DNA of 64,000 bases, taken from NCBI GenBank assembly GCA_043228905.1, contig JBHGNT010000007.1, positions 22,444,001 through 22,508,000 on the forward strand, written 5' to 3'. Below the pieces are notes generated by a model. The model did not search any database and was not told the origin of the DNA. It was given only the letters and a program-made list of their open reading frames with translations. Of the stretch, positions 61,507-64,000 are shown in pieces. Every line of letters starts with the position of its first letter. The stretch's first letter is position 1. Both the position numbers and the translations under genes were made by a program. The stretch comes from Azolla caroliniana. Its lineage: Eukaryota > Plantae > Polypodiophyta.

Positions 61507-62874
61507 TGAATTTCACTGGCTCCCAAAGTGATATACATGATACACAACCGAATATCACATTCCAGAATAAGCGACACATTCCTGTTCTTCTACATCATAT
61601 TTATCGGATTTTATGGTCATCTCCTTTCTTCTAACATGATTTCTTTCTTTCACATAGAAGAAATAAACAAGCATATAGGATTTATTGATGATTTGACCCC
61701 TTTTTAGCTTCTCATTTTTCTCATTGGTCTTAGTATAAGTTGGATCATTTTTCACCCATCACTTGGGTTTTTGAAGAGGGTCAAAAACACATGATAAATA
61801 AGTTGGGTCAGTGTGTGCTCTTCTTTACAAATTCTCCAGATTAGATACATTTAATACAGACATATGCATTGACATATTCATAAATGATTCATGACCAATA
61901 ATTTGCTCTTATATGGATGCCATTTTCATAATGATGATGTATAAGTACCTTTTATACAATATTATTCTATATTGTTAAAAGTTTAATAGATTTTGTTATT
62001 ATTAGTTCTAATGTGACAACACTTAATTTCTAATGCCAAAATTGGTATGTCCTTAGCATGATCAAATAAATTATTTTTACGATGAATAGGCCCATTGTTT
62101 TTAGACTCAGATTCAACAAACCATTTGTAACTAAGTTAACATCTTGTCAATGAACAGTTATGTTCTGAATGAGGGAAATATGTTTTGGAGGGTGCATTGT
62201 AGCATTATATTTCACATTTAGGTGAGAAATACCATGTCGATAATCATCTCTAGAAAGTGTCCTTTGAAGTGTCATGATGAATTCTTTATTGTTTATGATT
62301 GTTGCTAGTCCTAATCTTCACACTTGGAAACTTTAGTGGATGTTGATTTTTGTCAAAACATTGTTAGCTTGACCTAAATAAAGTTTATGTGAATTAATTG
62401 TTCCCTTTGTGTTTCATAATATAATGAGTATGTGTTGAAGTTACTTCGATTGAACTCCATAGCATTGTCGTTAAAGAATGCAACCTGGTTTTCATTTGTG
62501 GTAGTGTAACCCAATGAGCTTGGATACTCCATGAATGATGTAGTTTAACTAATCTTTGTTACATGTGTTTATGTGGCTTGAAGCCACATAGTCTTGGCAT
62601 TCTTTTTTATCACAAAACAGTGTATAAAAGTACAAGTGTTAATCACATTGAACTTATGAAGGAATCTTCATATTCATGAAGCTATTATTCATAAACCATT
62701 TTTCGCATTGATGTCTCAAATTTTGAATTTGTGTTGGTATACAATGACACGACAAACCATTTTTCTCTGTGAAGTCTTAATTTTTGAATTTGTGTTGGCA
62801 TATAATCCTCAAGAGAGTAGAATGACTTACTAGCAACTGATATTTTGACCTAGATACATGTGGGATGATTTTAA

Positions 62875-64000
62875 TCACTTTGGCACTTCTATGATGCGTC
62901 TGGCACGAGGTTTTAATGTAACATAGAACCCCTCTTTCATGTACAAAGTGGTGCATAGTTTGGGAACAACCTTGGGCTTATGGGGAGCTAGGACAACATG
63001 GAAATTGATGATGATGGTGGAGGCGACAACCTTCATGAGTATGTATGCCATTTCCTTACCAAGACATGTGCGTGGACCCGCATTGAATGCGACGAATTCA
63101 AAAGGCGATGCATTGGTGAGTCTACACGATGGTCCATCACCATATAGCCATCGCTCGGGTCGAAAGGATGCACAATCCGGGCCCCATAGGCTCTCCATCC
63201 GGCCCATGCTATAGATATTATACAAAAACCTTTGGCCCTTTTTCACATGGTTACCATCTGGTAGAACATCATCTTGGACTACATACTTCATGTCGATGGG
63301 CACGGACGGGTAAAGACGAAGGGATTCGGACAACGCGGCATGAAGATAGGTCATGTCATTGAGCTTCTCGCGGGTGTGGACGGGGACACCATCGTGAAGT
63401 AGTTGGTTTGCATCACTACCGAGTATTGTCTCGATTTCGCGTGCTAGTTTTTCTTCGACGTGTGGGTGTGAGGCTAGGAGCCAAAAGAACCAAGACAAAG
63501 CTAGGGCAGAGGTGTCCCGACCGGCCAACAAGAAGTTAATAACAACGTCCTTGAGGAACTTGTTGTTGTGGGCGTGGTCATTCGTCTTGTCCTCCATCTT
63601 GATGAAGCAAGACAAGAGGTCAGAATGAGGGGTATGTTTAAGATGGCCACTCGGTTGGACATGATCGACGCGATGACCATTTGGGTGGCCAATGAAGTCA
63701 TTTCCATTTGGGCAGGCAATGTCGATGTGGTCGTCCGGATGCACATTGGCATCGTGTGCACTCGGGTTCACATTGGCATTGTCTGTATTTGGGTGCACAT
63801 AGTCGGCATTGGTCCCAGAAAGTGCGGCCCGGCGATCGTCCACAACTTGTTGAAGGAAAGAGTCTACGCATCGGAGCGCGGAATGCATGCCCGATTCCTT
63901 GCCGAGCCGTAGGAGTTTGAGTAGCTTCCACGAGGATGGAGGGAAATTGAATCGGGAAGTTGCGCAATCGAGCGCGGTCTCGAACGCGGATGCGAATGGG
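62875..64000 (-). CDS. Cytochrome P450, CYP86 clan (fatty-acid hydroxylase-like), 5' end outside the window
   Basis: Frame open from the window edge; FLLAGRDTS I-helix, ESLRLYP (ExxR), FRPERW and FNAGPRTCLG heme motif; no intron in the visible part. Confidence 0.95.
   Translation of the reverse strand, partial: PFASAFETALDCATSRFNFPPSSWKLLKLLRLGKESGMHSALRCVDSFLQQVVDDRRAALSGTNADYVHPNTDNANVNPSAHDANVHPDDHIDIACPNGNDFIGHPNGHRVDHVQPSGHLKHTPHSDLLSCFIKMEDKTNDHAHNNKFLKDVVINFLLAGRDTSALALSWFFWLLASHPHVEEKLAREIETILGSDANQLLHDGVPVHTREKLNDMTYLHAALSESLRLYPSVPIDMKYVVQDDVLPDGNHVKKGQRFLYNIYSMGRMESLWGPDCASFRPERWLYGDGPSCRLTNASPFEFVAFNAGPRTCLGKEMAYILMKVVASTIIINFHVVLAPHKPKVVPKLCTTLYMKEGFYVTLKPRARRIIEVPK

Overview
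Eukaryotic land-plant genomic DNA, probably from a non-seed plant (fern, lycophyte or bryophyte; inferred from the retroelement lineages and the microsatellite-rich introns). Bases ~2.9-49.6 kb form a deeply nested transposon stack: Copia elements, a chromovirus, several non-chromovirus Gypsy elements with tRNA-Trp primer sites and 4-bp TSDs, a Gypsy with a long extra ORF, three solo LTRs, a hAT-like DNA element and a near-intact two-ORF LINE. Bases ~50-64 kb hold three host genes: a root-cap/LEA-related protein, a chloroplast NADP-malate dehydrogenase (14 coding exons) and the 3' part of a CYP86-clan P450. Top observations: (1) a decayed beta-class DNA amino-methyltransferase (motif IV DIPYG, then motif I DLFSGSG) next to an array of palindromes at the left end; (2) swapped TSDs that point to an inversion by recombination between two opposite Copia copies; (3) four Gypsy insertions whose 4-bp target sites are all CpG-centred; (4) tRNA-like Pol III A/B boxes inside LTRs. 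All assignments come from reading the sequence by eye; no database search was run.
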